Shown: positions 27,419-37,814, counted from the first letter of the stretch. The stretch: DNA of 64,000 nt from Acidobacteriota bacterium (GCA_046732715.1 JBKPNQ010000138.1:4397-68396); one strand, 5' to 3'. Program-made: numbers and translations. Notes: generated from the sequence alone by a model not told the origin.

Positions 27419-28048
27419 TCAGCTCGGCCTCTTTCGTCCCACAAGCAGTGCCAGCTCGCGCCACTTCCAGTAGCAGTCGACGTCCACGAATCCGATCTCT
27501 CGAAGCCAGACCAGCTGTGTCTGGACATCCAGCAGCTTGTTGGATGGATCCTCATCGTCTGCCGTCATTCCCATCGCGTCGAGAAATCGCGCGTGGCCGT
27601 ACTCAGACGCCGAAGCGATGTGTTCAAGGTTGCAGAACATGCCGCCAGGCGACAGTGCATTCCACACTTCCTGATAGAGCTGCCGCTTTCGCTCGTGCTC
27701 CACGTGGTGGATGGCGAAACTCGAGACGACGACGTCGAAGATGCCCAGCGGCGGCAGCGGTTGCTGAAGGTCGTGCGCCACGGCTTGCACTCGTCCGGTC
27801 GAGTCGAACCGCTGCCGCAGCCGTTCGAGCATGGGAGGCGAGAAATCCAGCGCGACCCCGATCGCCTCTGGTCGGGCACGAAGCACGAGATCCAGCAGTC
27901 GTCCGTCACCGGCTCCGAGATCGAGAACACGATGAACCGCCTCGGGCAATTCCTCGAGCAACACCGCCTCACCCGCCGTGCGATGTGGAACGCGGTCGGC
28001 CTTCTCGAGGTAATTCAGCACATGCTGGACGGTCTGCCACTCGCTCAT
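27419..28048 (-). CDS. Class I SAM-dependent methyltransferase
   Basis: VLDLGAGDGRLLDL (motif I). ATG 28048 (MSEWQTVQHVLNYLEK) is preferred over the track start TTG 28066. Confidence 0.8.
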   Translation of the reverse strand: MSEWQTVQHVLNYLEKADRVPHRTAGEAVLLEELPEAVHRVLDLGAGDGRLLDLVLRARPEAIGVALDFSPPMLERLRQRFDSTGRVQAVAHDLQQPLPPLGIFDVVVSSFAIHHVEHERKRQLYQEVWNALSPGGMFCNLEHIASASEYGHARFLDAMGMTADDEDPSNKLLDVQTQLVWLREIGFVDVDCYWKWRELALLVGRKRPS

Positions 28049-28137
28049 GGTTTTATCAGGGGACAATCGGTTCGATAGCGCGATTCGATGATGTCTGGTG
28101 AATCAACGTTCAGCACTCACCGTCAGCATTTTCACCG

Positions 28138-29931
28138 TTAGATCCGCTGGAAGTTCTTCTCAATTTCCCGCCTGGTGATCCGCAGGACGACGGGGCGCCC
28201 ATGCGGGCACACGCTGGAATACGCAGTCCGGCGCAACTCTTCGAGGATGTACCGCATCTTCTCCATCGTCAGCGGGTAATTCGCCTTCACCGCGGCGTGG
28301 CACGCCATGGTTGCGGCGATCCGCCGCAGCGCCTCTTCGACCCGTGACCCGCGATCGAGCCCTTCGAGATCGCTGGCAAGCGCGCGGACGGCGGCTTCGC
28401 ACTCCGACGGCTCCAGCGCAGCGGGCACGGCTGACAGTCTGACGCTGTCACCCCCGAACTCCTCGATCTCCAGGCCGAACTTTTCGAGCGTCGCCGCGTG
28501 TGGGATGAGCGCCTGGCGCTCGCCAGGGGACATCTCGATCAGCAACGGCGTGAGCAGACGCTGACTCTCGAGCGTCCCTGACGTCAACCGTTCCATCACC
28601 TGCTCGAACAACACGCGCTCGTGCGCGACGTGCTGGTCGATGATCGCAATCCCCTCGTCGTCGATCGCAATGATGAACGTATCCCTGAACTGGCCGAGCG
28701 GGATCATCGGTCTAATCCCGGGTTCCACCGGGTTCTGCTGGGTGCCGCCGGGTTCTACAAGGCTCTGCAGGGTTCGTTCAAGTTCTGCGGGGTTCGCGGT
28801 CGCCGGCTCCATGAGATTGCGCCACGGACCCAGCGGCTCAGAACTCCACCGGTTCCCGACGGTGGCACCCGCCAGCACGCCGGGGATCGTCATCGGTCTC
28901 GGCTCCAACGGTGCCGGCGCGAACGGGGTGAACTGAAGCTCGGGGGATCGGCCCTGTCCGAGTGCCTCGCCGAGTGCCCGCCGCAGCACTTCGTGCACCA
29001 GCGACTGCTCGAGAAAGCGGACTTCCGCCTTCGTCGGGTGGACGTTGACGTCGACGCGGTCCGCCGGAATCTTGATGAACAGGTGGACCTCGGGGCTGCG
29101 TTCCTTGATCGTGGCGACGCTGTAAGCTTCCGAGATCGCATGCGCGATGGTGCGATCCTTGACGATGCGGCGATTGACGAAGATGTTCTGGGCACCGCGG
29201 ACCGGACCCTGGTCACCGAGGGCTGCAACGTAGCCGTGGATCTGCAGCCCGGCCGCTTCCTTGCGTAGTTCGATGAGATCGAGGCGTTCACCGAACAACT
29301 GAAAGAACCGTTCGCCGAGCCCGTTCGCTGGCGGGCATTCGAGCGACTTGCGACCAGCGCTCGTCAGCGAGAATCCGACCTCGGGATATCCGAGCGCCAT
29401 CTGCGTGACGAGACGCGAGATCTGCGCCGACTCCGCGGTGTCGGACTTCAGAAACTTCCGCCGGGCCGGCAGGTTGTAGAAGAGATCGCTGACTTCGATC
29501 GACGTCCCTTCCGGGGCGCCGACTTCTCGCTCCGACGCGACCGTGCCGCCGTTGACACGAATCTCGGTGCCGCACTCAGTGCCGCGCGCGCGTGTGCGCA
29601 GCACGAAATGCGAAACCGATGCAATGCTCGGGAGGGCCTCGCCGCGAAACCCGAGCGTTCGAATCGCTCCCAGATCCTCGGGACTCGCAATCTTGCTCGT
29701 CGCGTGACGCTCGATCGCAAGCCGGGCGTCTTCCGGCTCCATCCCTTCCCCATCGTCTTCGACACGGAGCAGCTTCTTCCCGCCCAGCTCGATCGTGATG
29801 GCGATGCGCGTCGCGCACGCATCGAGCGAGTTCTCGATCAGTTCCTTGACGACGGAGGCGGGGCGTTCGACGACTTCGCCAGCGGCGATTTGATTCGCAA
29901 GGTGAAGAGGAAGTCTGTGGATGCGAGGCAT
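28138..29931 (-). CDS. mutL: DNA mismatch repair endonuclease MutL
   Basis: ATG 29931. MPRIHRLPLHLANQIAAGEVVERPASVVKELIENSLDA. The C-terminal domain has CPHGRP. Confidence 0.95.
   Translation of the reverse strand: MPRIHRLPLHLANQIAAGEVVERPASVVKELIENSLDACATRIAITIELGGKKLLRVEDDGEGMEPEDARLAIERHATSKIASPEDLGAIRTLGFRGEALPSIASVSHFVLRTRARGTECGTEIRVNGGTVASEREVGAPEGTSIEVSDLFYNLPARRKFLKSDTAESAQISRLVTQMALGYPEVGFSLTSAGRKSLECPPANGLGERFFQLFGERLDLIELRKEAAGLQIHGYVAALGDQGPVRGAQNIFVNRRIVKDRTIAHAISEAYSVATIKERSPEVHLFIKIPADRVDVNVHPTKAEVRFLEQSLVHEVLRRALGEALGQGRSPELQFTPFAPAPLEPRPMTIPGVLAGATVGNRWSSEPLGPWRNLMEPATANPAELERTLQSLVEPGGTQQNPVEPGIRPMIPLGQFRDTFIIAIDDEGIAIIDQHVAHERVLFEQVMERLTSGTLESQRLLTPLLIEMSPGERQALIPHAATLEKFGLEIEEFGGDSVRLSAVPAALEPSECEAAVRALASDLEGLDRGSRVEEALRRIAATMACHAAVKANYPLTMEKMRYILEELRRTAYSSVCPHGRPVVLRITRREIEKNFQRI
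28721..28800. repeat. Period-10 DNA tandem repeat (8 units, GGTTCNNCNG) inside the mutL linker
   Basis: ggttccaccg ggttctgctg ggtgccgccg ggttctacaa ggctctgcag ggttcgttca agttctgcgg ggttcgcggt. Encodes ATANPAELERTLQSLVEPGGTQQNPVEPG. Confidence 0.8.
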
Positions 29932-29941
29932 GGTGGTAATG

Positions 29942-30907
29942 TCAGATCCACCTTCTTCGCCGAAAATACGCCAGCATCGCTCCCGACATCGCAAACATGA
30001 TGCCCAGTATCCACCAGAATTGTGCGTGCTCGCCGCCGGGGAAGTGCGGGAGCGGCACGTTCATCCCGTACATTCCGGTGAAGACCGTCAAGGGCATGAA
30101 CAGTGTTGCGATGATCGTCAGCACCTTCATCACCTGGTTGAGCTGATTCGAGACGGCTGACAGGTGGGCGTCGAGGATGCTCGTGATCCGATCCTGGAAG
30201 AACATTGCCTCGTCCGAGAGCCGGACGAGATGGTCGTAGATGTCACGGAAGCCGTAGGCGAGCTGCTCCGTAATCAACGGGAACTCACGCCGAGCCAGCC
30301 GTCCAATCACATCGCGCTGCGGCAGCACAATCTGACGCAGCGACGAAATATCCCGCTTGAAATTGAGAATCCGCCTGGCGAGTTGCGTGTTCGGTTTCTC
30401 GAACACTTCCTCTTCGAGTTCGTCGAGCCGTTCCGAGAGCTTGTCGACTTCGGGGCGGTAGTTGTCCACCATCGTGTCGACAATGCGGTAGAACAACATC
30501 CCCGGCCCCTCGCCAAGAACGCGCGAGTCGCGGGTGCAGAACGTGCCGACCTTGCCGATCGAACGCGATACCCCCGGATGAATGGTCACGAGATATTGCG
30601 CGCCGAGGAAGAAGTCGATGTCCTTGGTCGTGAAACAGTGTTCGGAGGCCTGGAAATCGATGCCGTGCAGGATGATATAGAGGTAATCGCCGTAGGATTC
30701 GATCTTCGGATGGTGCAGCTCGCTGAGGGCGTCTTCGATCGCCAGCTCGTGAAAGTGGAAGACGTCAGTGAGGATCTTTCCTTCCTCCGGGGTTGGCTGA
30801 TCCAGATCCACCCAGACCGACACGCCGCTTCCAGGTTTGATCCAGGCAGGGTCCACCCGATCGACCGTCTGAGTGGACCCGCCTTCGTGCTTGAAGATCC
30901 TGATCAA
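29942..30907 (-). CDS. corA: Magnesium/cobalt transporter CorA
   Basis: 321 aa. FTGMYGMNV (GMN motif) and two C-terminal TM helices. TTG start overlaps the ppdK stop (TTGA). Confidence 0.9.
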   Translation of the reverse strand: MIRIFKHEGGSTQTVDRVDPAWIKPGSGVSVWVDLDQPTPEEGKILTDVFHFHELAIEDALSELHHPKIESYGDYLYIILHGIDFQASEHCFTTKDIDFFLGAQYLVTIHPGVSRSIGKVGTFCTRDSRVLGEGPGMLFYRIVDTMVDNYRPEVDKLSERLDELEEEVFEKPNTQLARRILNFKRDISSLRQIVLPQRDVIGRLARREFPLITEQLAYGFRDIYDHLVRLSDEAMFFQDRITSILDAHLSAVSNQLNQVMKVLTIIATLFMPLTVFTGMYGMNVPLPHFPGGEHAQFWWILGIMFAMSGAMLAYFRRRRWI

Positions 30908-33765
30908 TCCTCGACCTTGGCCGCGAGCGCCGCCTGCGCGGCAGCCAGCCGTGCGACCGGCACCCGGTACGGCGAGCAGCTGACGTAGTCGAGCCCGACC
31001 TTCTCGAAGAAGTGAATCGACGACGGATCGCCGCCGTGCTCGCCGCAGATCCCGAGCTTCAAATTGGCGCGGGCGCCGCGCCCCTTCTTCACGGCAATCT
31101 CGACCAGCTGACCGACGCCGGTCGCGTCGATCGATGCGAACGGGTTCTTCTTCACGATCTCGAGCTCCTGATAGTGCGGCAGGAACGAGCCCGAGTCGTC
31201 GCGCGACATGCCGAGGCCGGTCTGCGTTAGGTCGTTCGTGCCGAAGCTGAAGAACTCGGCCGTCTGGGCGATCTCGTCAGCGGTCAAAGCGCCGCGCGGG
31301 ATCTCGATCATGGTGCCGACCATGTAGGACAGCTTCACCTTCTTCTCGGCCTCGACTTCACGCGCCGCCTGGTGGACGACGTCAATCTGCAGGTCGAATT
31401 CCTTCTTGAATCCCACCAGCGGGATCATGATCTCCGGCCGAACCTTGATGCCTTCCTTCTGGACGATCGCCGCGGCTTCGAACACAGCACGCGCCTGCAT
31501 CGCCGAGATCTCGGGGTAGCCGATGCCGAGACGGCATCCGCGGAAGCCGAGCATCGGGTTGAACTCGTGCAATTGCTCGACGCGCTGATGGATCCGCGCC
31601 GCCGGCACGCCGATCTTCTTGCCCAGCTCTTCCTGCTGCTCCTTGGTATGTGGCAGGAACTCGTGAAGCGGCGGATCGAGGAAACGAATCGTCGCCGGGT
31701 AGCCCTTCAGCGCGCGGAAGATGCCCGCGAAGTCCTCGCGCTGATACGGCAGCAGCTTGGCAAGCGCAGCCTTCCGCTCCTCGACCGTCTCGGCGAGGAT
31801 CATCTCGCGCATCGCGTCGATGCGGTCCCCCTCGAAGAACATGTGTTCCGTGCGCGTCAGGCCGATGCCGACCGCGCCGAACGCGACCGCATTGGCCGCC
31901 TGCTCTGGCGTGTCGGCATTCGTCCGGACGTTCATCCGCGTCGCGTCCGAACACCACTTCATCAACTGCTGGAAGCTCTTGAACTTCTCGGTCTTCTTGG
32001 CGGCTTCATTGCCGTCGATCAGGCCGGCGACAATTTCCGATGGCGCCGTCTTGACCTGGCCGGCGAAGACCTTGCCAACGGTGCCATCGATCGACATCCA
32101 GTCGCCTTCCTTGAACGTCTGCTTGTCGACCTTCACCGTGCGCGCCTGGTAGTCGACTTCGACGGCCGCCGCACCGCAGACGCACACCTTGCCCATCTGC
32201 CGCGCAACCAGTGCGGCGTGTGACGAGACGCCCCCGCGTGCGGTCAGGATGCCTTCGGCCGCAATCATGCCGCGCAGATCTTCGGGAGACGTTTCGATGC
32301 GGACCAGGAGCACCTTCTCGCCCTTTTCCGCCGCGGTGACTGCGCGCTCGGCATTCAAGTAGATCTTGCCGGACGCGGCGCCCGGGCCCGCTGGGAGCCC
32401 TGTCGCGATCGCTTTCGCCTTGGCGACTTCGGCCGCGTCGAACACCGGCGCCAGCAACTGCTCGAGCTGGTCGGCCGGATTGCGCTGGATTGCCACCTTC
32501 CAGTCGATCAACTTTTCCTTCTGCATGTCGATCGAGATCTTCAGCGCCGCCATCGCCGTTCGCTTGCCGTTGCGCGTCTGCAGCATGTAGACGACGCCGT
32601 CCTCGATGGTGAACTCGAAGTCCTGCATGTCCTTGAAATGCTTTTCGAGCGTCTGGCGGATGCGCTCGAGCTCGGCGTACGCCTTCGGCATTTCCTTCTT
32701 CAGCTGCGCTACCGGCTCCGGCGTCCGGACGCCGGCGACGACATCCTCACCCTGCGCGTTGATCAGGAACTCGCCGTAGAACTCCTTCACGCCGTTCGCC
32801 GGGTTGCGCGTGAACGCGACGCCCGATCCCGATTCGTCGCCGGTGTTCCCGTAAACCATCGCCTGCACGTTGACGGCGGTGCCCCACTCCGATGGGATGT
32901 TGTACTTGCGCCGATACACGATCGCGCGGTCGTTCATCCACGAGCCGAACACCGCACCCACGGCACCCAGCAGCTGGTCCCACGGCGAATCCGGAAACTG
33001 TTTGCCGGCGCGCTCCTTGACGAGCTTCTTGAAGCGCACAACCAGCTCTTTCAGGTCGTCCACGGTCAGCTTCGTGTCCTCGATGTCCTGGTGGTGACGC
33101 TCGTGCTTGAGGCCCTCGATCACCACCTCGAATGGCTCGTGGTCCTCTCCCGCAGCCTTCTGCACGCCGAGGACGACGTCGCCGTACATCTGGACGAAGC
33201 GGCGATAGCAGTCCCACGCGAATCGCGGGTTGCTGGTCTTTGCCGCCAGCGCTTCGACGGTTTGATCGTTCAGGCCGAGATTGAGGATGGTGTCCATCAT
33301 GCCCGGCATCGAGTCGCGTGCACCCGAGCGCACGGAGACGAGCAACGGGTTCTTCAAGTCGCCGAACTTCTTGCCGGTCTGCTGTTCAATCGAAGCGACG
33401 CCGGCCTCCATCTGCCCGCGCAGTGCCGGCGGGTACGACCGCTTGTTGTCATAGTAGTAGGTGCAAACCTCGGTCGTAATCGTGAACCCTGGCGGGACGG
33501 GCAACCCGATGCGGCACATCTCGGCGAGGTTCGCGCCCTTGCCGCCAAGCAACGGCTTCATCGATCCGTTGCCGTCGGTCTTGCGGCCGAACAAGTACAC
33601 GTACTTCGCGTTCTTCGCAGTTCGCGATTCGTCCCTCGACTTCGCTCGGGACGGCCCTGAGCTTGTCGAAGCGTCGCGGTTCGCGGTTCGCGCTTTACTT
33701 ACAGTCCGCAGCGCCGCGGCCCTGTTCGTCTTCGGTGTCGATTTGCGTCCGAGCTTCTTCGCCAT
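30904..33765 (-). CDS. ppdK: Pyruvate, phosphate dikinase
   Basis: [28 protein letters not shown]...[16 protein letters not shown]...[10 protein letters not shown]. The first 55 codons are basic and encoded by repeat elements. Alternative GTG start at 33600. Confidence 0.9.
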   Translation of the reverse strand: MAKKLGRKSTPKTNRAAALRTVSKARTANRDASTSSGPSRAKSRDESRTAKNAKYVYLFGRKTDGNGSMKPLLGGKGANLAEMCRIGLPVPPGFTITTEVCTYYYDNKRSYPPALRGQMEAGVASIEQQTGKKFGDLKNPLLVSVRSGARDSMPGMMDTILNLGLNDQTVEALAAKTSNPRFAWDCYRRFVQMYGDVVLGVQKAAGEDHEPFEVVIEGLKHERHHQDIEDTKLTVDDLKELVVRFKKLVKERAGKQFPDSPWDQLLGAVGAVFGSWMNDRAIVYRRKYNIPSEWGTAVNVQAMVYGNTGDESGSGVAFTRNPANGVKEFYGEFLINAQGEDVVAGVRTPEPVAQLKKEMPKAYAELERIRQTLEKHFKDMQDFEFTIEDGVVYMLQTRNGKRTAMAALKISIDMQKEKLIDWKVAIQRNPADQLEQLLAPVFDAAEVAKAKAIATGLPAGPGAASGKIYLNAERAVTAAEKGEKVLLVRIETSPEDLRGMIAAEGILTARGGVSSHAALVARQMGKVCVCGAAAVEVDYQARTVKVDKQTFKEGDWMSIDGTVGKVFAGQVKTAPSEIVAGLIDGNEAAKKTEKFKSFQQLMKWCSDATRMNVRTNADTPEQAANAVAFGAVGIGLTRTEHMFFEGDRIDAMREMILAETVEERKAALAKLLPYQREDFAGIFRALKGYPATIRFLDPPLHEFLPHTKEQQEELGKKIGVPAARIHQRVEQLHEFNPMLGFRGCRLGIGYPEISAMQARAVFEAAAIVQKEGIKVRPEIMIPLVGFKKEFDLQIDVVHQAAREVEAEKKVKLSYMVGTMIEIPRGALTADEIAQTAEFFSFGTNDLTQTGLGMSRDDSGSFLPHYQELEIVKKNPFASIDATGVGQLVEIAVKKGRGARANLKLGICGEHGGDPSSIHFFEKVGLDYVSCSPYRVPVARLAAAQAALAAKVED
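33604..33693. repeat. Composite element: TTCGCGN heptamers, REP-like palindrome (copy b), TTCGCGG heptamers
   Basis: cttcgcg..ttcgcag ttcgcga ttcgtcc | ccctcgacttcgctcgggacggccctgagcttgtcgaagc | gtcgcgg ttcgcgg ttcgcgc. Lies inside the 5' end of the ppdK ORF. Confidence 0.75.
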
Positions 33766-33774
33766 TTCGATTAC

Positions 33775-35973
33775 CTACTCCGTTTGCGGAACGATTTCTG
33801 AAATGTCCGCGAGGTTCAGAATGAGGTCGCGCAGATCCGCCATGAGCGTCAGCCGCGCGTTTCTCACCCGCACGTCGTCTGCCATCACGAACACCTCGGT
33901 AAAGAACCGGTCGACGGCCGCGCGAAGGCCGGCGATTTCAACAAAGGCGCCCCGATAGTCGCTGCGTGTGGCGGCGGCTTCGATCCGAGGGCGCCGGGCA
34001 TCGAGCTCCTCGAGCAGCGCGCGTTCCGCGGGTTCGGTGATCGCGCTCCGATCCAGCGGCGCCTCGCCACGAAGTTCCCTGGCGATGTTTTTGACGCGCT
34101 TGAACAGCACGGCGAGCGCCTGGAAGTCGTCCGACCCGCGCATCCCCTGGATAGCCTCGGCGATCCGGCGAGCGCGAAGTGGACTGACGTCACCGCCCGG
34201 CGTCGCCGCCCGCACGACCTCGACGCCAAATCCCCGCTGTTCCAGCGCGAAGCGAACGCGTTCGGTCGCAAAGGCGAGCGCCGCGTCTGCAGCCTGTCCG
34301 GTCCAGCCATCGTTGGAGCCGGCCTGTGAGGCCGCGCGGCCGAGGATCTCGCCGAGCCGGACTTCGCGATCGATCCCGGTCAGCTGAGGCAGATCCATGA
34401 GAATTCGGACCACGCCCTGCATCTGACGGCGAAGGCCGAACGGATCACGCGATCCGGTTGCCCGCTCTCCCGCCTTCGAAAGCGCCACGAACGTGTCGGC
34501 CTTGTCAGCCAGCGAAACCGCCGCCCACGCCACCGCCGCTGCGCCCAGCTGCTCGCGCGAGGGCGGCGCGTCGGCCTCGACCCCAATCGGCAGGTACTGG
34601 TAATAGATGGCCTTCCACACCTGCTCCGGCAGTCCCTCCTGCCGGGCGTAGATCCCACCGATCGTACCCTGAAGTTCGGTGAATTCGAAAACCATGTCGG
34701 TCGTCAAATCCGCCTTGGCGAGGCGACCGGCAGTCGCCGCATGAGAGGCTTGGGCCGGGCTTCCGAGCGGCTCGCTGGCAATCCACTCCGCCAGCGACGA
34801 AATCCGCTCCGCCTTGTCGCGATAGCTCCCGGCTTTCTTGTGGAAGAGCAGCGTGTGCAGCCGATCGAGCCTCGATTCGAGGCGCGCCTCGCGATCCGAT
34901 TCCCAGAAAAACTTCGCGTCGCGCAGCCGCGCCGTAACCACCCGCTCCGCGTTCTTCGCGATCAGCCGTTCGTCGGACGGCTGAGTGTTGACGACCGCGA
35001 GAAACGCTTCCTTCAGCTCGCCCGTCGCCGTCACGACCGGAAAGTAATGCTGATGATGCACGAGCGTCGTCGTCAGCACTTCTTGGGGGAGGTCGAGAAA
35101 CGTGCGGTCGTAGAATCCCGCCACGACGCCCGGATACTCGACAAGATCGGCAACCTCCTCGATCAGCACCGCGTGTTCCTTCAGGTGGACGCGGCCGCCA
35201 AGACGACGAGCGTGCGATTCGAGCTCCCGCGCGATACGATCGCGGCGCTCGTCGTGGCTGAGCACGACGAAGTGTTCGGAAAGCCGGGCCTCGTACTCGT
35301 CGAAGCTGCGAACCTTGATCGACCGGCCCGCCCGGCCGCTGGTTGCGAGAAATCGATGACCGTAGGTCAGCGCGCCGGACTCGACATCGAGCACCTGCGA
35401 GCCCGCCGCGTTCGCGGCCCGACCAATCGTGAACGGTACGACCCGTCCGCCATACAGAAACAACAGCCAGCGGATCGGGCGGCCGAACAACAGCTCGCCG
35501 CGGCCGTCATCGAGCTTCGCATCCCAGTGCATCTGCTTGGGGAACGACAGATCCCTCAGCACGCCACTCAGAAGCTCGGGCAACGCGTCAACGGCGCTCT
35601 TCCCGCGCTGCCGCCGGTGGTAGGCGAGGTACTCGCCTTTTGGCGTGGTGACGCGGGACAATTCCTCGAAAGGCACGCCCTGCTTCCTGGCAAAGCCGAG
35701 CGCCGCGGGTGTCGGCTGGCCATCCGGTCCGAACGCCGCTGTCACCGGCGGACCGCTGACCGTTTCCTCGAGATCCTCCTGACGCTCGGCAATCTTCGCA
35801 ACACGAACCGTCAGCCGCCGCGGCGTGCTGAAGCTCTCGACCGGCGCCATCGGCGCGATCCGGAGTTCATTCAGCCGCGCCGTCAGCCGCTCGCCAAGCT
35901 GCCGCGTCAACGGCGGCATCCAGGCCGCCGGAAGTTCCTCGACACCGATTTCAATCAGGAGTTCTCTGTCCAT
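33775..35973 (-). CDS. glyS: Glycine--tRNA ligase beta subunit
   Basis: ATG 35973. MDRELLIEIGVEELPAAWMPPL. The upstream 18 codons of the track ORF are repeat-derived. Confidence 0.95.
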   Translation of the reverse strand: MDRELLIEIGVEELPAAWMPPLTRQLGERLTARLNELRIAPMAPVESFSTPRRLTVRVAKIAERQEDLEETVSGPPVTAAFGPDGQPTPAALGFARKQGVPFEELSRVTTPKGEYLAYHRRQRGKSAVDALPELLSGVLRDLSFPKQMHWDAKLDDGRGELLFGRPIRWLLFLYGGRVVPFTIGRAANAAGSQVLDVESGALTYGHRFLATSGRAGRSIKVRSFDEYEARLSEHFVVLSHDERRDRIARELESHARRLGGRVHLKEHAVLIEEVADLVEYPGVVAGFYDRTFLDLPQEVLTTTLVHHQHYFPVVTATGELKEAFLAVVNTQPSDERLIAKNAERVVTARLRDAKFFWESDREARLESRLDRLHTLLFHKKAGSYRDKAERISSLAEWIASEPLGSPAQASHAATAGRLAKADLTTDMVFEFTELQGTIGGIYARQEGLPEQVWKAIYYQYLPIGVEADAPPSREQLGAAAVAWAAVSLADKADTFVALSKAGERATGSRDPFGLRRQMQGVVRILMDLPQLTGIDREVRLGEILGRAASQAGSNDGWTGQAADAALAFATERVRFALEQRGFGVEVVRAATPGGDVSPLRARRIAEAIQGMRGSDDFQALAVLFKRVKNIARELRGEAPLDRSAITEPAERALLEELDARRPRIEAAATRSDYRGAFVEIAGLRAAVDRFFTEVFVMADDVRVRNARLTLMADLRDLILNLADISEIVPQTE

Positions 35974-35978
35974 CAGTC

Positions 35979-36104
35979 CAATTGGTGAATTGGTGAATTT
36001 GGTGAGCTGGTGAAGTGGGCTTCGCATGCGCTACCGCGCGTGCTGTTAGAGCGCGGCGGTAGCCGCGTAATGCAGAATTCACCAATTCACCAATTCACCA
36101 ACTG
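35979..36104. repeat. Intercistronic inverted octamer arrays (GGTGAATT)n around a structured core
   Basis: Left arm: ccaattggtgaattggtgaatttggtgagctggtgaag. Right arm: gaattcaccaattcaccaattcaccaactg. The core carries a second GC-rich imperfect palindrome. Confidence 0.85.
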
Positions 36105-36110
36105 CCCGCC

Positions 36111-36989
36111 TCACGCCTCCGCCTTCTCCCCCACCCAGTGTTTGGCGATCGCAATGGCAAGTTGCCGGACACGAAGGATATACGCCGTGCGTTCGGTCAC
36201 CCCGATCCCACCGCTTGCATCGAGCAGGTTGAACATGTGCGAGCATTTCAGGCAGTAGTCGAGCGCCGGAAGCACCAGATCGCTGCGGAGCAGGATCTGC
36301 GCGAGCCCGTAATACTTGTCGAACAAATCCCGGTGCAGCGCGTGGAACTCCGCGGCGGGCATGTCCACCTGGCCAAAGGCGTACTTCGATTGCTCGACTT
36401 CGTCTCTATGCCGCACGTCGCGGTATTTCACCCCCGACGCCCACTCGACGTCGAACACGTTGTCAACGTCCTGAAGCGCCATCGTGAGTCGTTCGATTCC
36501 GTAGGTCAGTTCGACGGAAATCGGAGAGAGATCAATGCCGCCTGCCTGTTGAAAGTACGTGAACTGGGTAATCTCCTGACCGTCGAACAGCACTTGCCAG
36601 CCGATGCCCCAGGCCCCCAGGGTCGGTGATTCCCAGTTGTCCTCTTCGAACCTGACGTCGTGCGCCCGCAGATCGATCCCGCACGCCTCCAGGCTCTGCA
36701 GGTACAGCTGCTGCACGTCGTCAGGGGCTGGCTTGAGGATGACTTGAAACTGCTGGTGCTTGAACAACCGGTTTGGATTCTCGCCGAACCGACCGTCGGC
36801 CGGACGACGCGAGGGCTGGACGTAGGCGACACTCCAGGGCGACGGCCCGAGCACGCGTAGAAACGTCTCGGGATGCATCGTGCCGGCGCCCATTTCGATG
36901 TCGAGCGGCTGCTGAAGCAGGCAGCCCCGGGAGGCCCAGAATTCCGAGAGTTTGAAGATGAGCTGCTGAAGAGTGACCATTCGATTCAC
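36111..36989 (-). CDS. glyQ: Glycine--tRNA ligase alpha subunit
   Basis: [39 protein letters not shown] 36989 overlaps the recO stop (GTGA). Alternative ATG at 36980. Confidence 0.95.
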   Translation of the reverse strand: MNRMVTLQQLIFKLSEFWASRGCLLQQPLDIEMGAGTMHPETFLRVLGPSPWSVAYVQPSRRPADGRFGENPNRLFKHQQFQVILKPAPDDVQQLYLQSLEACGIDLRAHDVRFEEDNWESPTLGAWGIGWQVLFDGQEITQFTYFQQAGGIDLSPISVELTYGIERLTMALQDVDNVFDVEWASGVKYRDVRHRDEVEQSKYAFGQVDMPAAEFHALHRDLFDKYYGLAQILLRSDLVLPALDYCLKCSHMFNLLDASGGIGVTERTAYILRVRQLAIAIAKHWVGEKAEA

Positions 36990-37732
36990 CGGACGTGGCG
37001 CAGTTCGCGCAGCACCCGGGCTGATTTCAATTCCTTTTCAAGATGAAGGTTCAGCAGTCGCCGATGCGCTGTTTCGAGCTCACGCGACGCGCGCGGCTCG
37101 AGCGGCAGCGTTTCCAGGCGATCCGGGGCGATCGCCCCGGCCGCTTTCAGAAATCTCAATGCGTCCACACCCACTCGAGTTCCGCCCGCCGGCGCGCAGG
37201 CCGTGCAGACGAACAGATCGTCGCGCGGCGGCATCACCGCGCCCGCCAGCAGAGGCTCTCCGCATCCCGGACACGAAACCAGTGACGGATAGACTCCTTG
37301 CAGCCGCAGCAGCCAGAACTCGAAATACCGCGCGAGCGGATCGACCGGCGCACCAGCCGCAATGGCCTCGGTAACGGCAGCTCCGAGTCGGAAGAGCCGT
37401 TCGTCTGCGTGCGCTTCCGGAGCCCACTCGTCAATGAGCTCGGCAAAATACCCGACATGCCCGAGCGCTTCTGTGCTCGACCCTGAAAGCGGCGAACGCG
37501 TCGGCTCCACATAGTTGATGCGGACCAGCTCCCGCTGCTCGCGCTCGTAGTACGCCACCCCCGCACACGTCATCGGTTCCAGCGCGCCCATAAACCGCGA
37601 CCGCACCCGGCGCGCACCCTTGGCCACCCCACGCTTCTTTCCCCGGTCGCGGGTCAGAAAGACGACGATGCGATCCACCTCGCCCAGCTTGTAGGTGCGC
37701 AGAATCAGCGCTTCGGAGGTGAAAACCGGCAT
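36986..37732 (-). CDS. recO: DNA repair protein RecO
   Basis: 248 aa. [32 protein letters not shown] and the zinc motif CPGCGE...CTAC. Confidence 0.9.
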   Translation of the reverse strand: MPVFTSEALILRTYKLGEVDRIVVFLTRDRGKKRGVAKGARRVRSRFMGALEPMTCAGVAYYEREQRELVRINYVEPTRSPLSGSSTEALGHVGYFAELIDEWAPEAHADERLFRLGAAVTEAIAAGAPVDPLARYFEFWLLRLQGVYPSLVSCPGCGEPLLAGAVMPPRDDLFVCTACAPAGGTRVGVDALRFLKAAGAIAPDRLETLPLEPRASRELETAHRRLLNLHLEKELKSARVLRELRHVR

Positions 37733-37814
37733 GCAAAATCAGCAATCGTCAGATCGTCCATCGACAATCCGCAATCAAAAATCCCCAATCCGCAGTCCCA
37801 AATCCGCAATCATT
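37733..37814. repeat. Heptamer tandem array, about 11 units (CGCAATC type), filling the mgtE-recO intergenic region
   Basis: gcaaaatc agcaatc gtcagatc gtccatc gacaatc cgcaatc aaaaatc cccaatc cgcagtc ccaaatc cgcaatc att. Confidence 0.85.
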
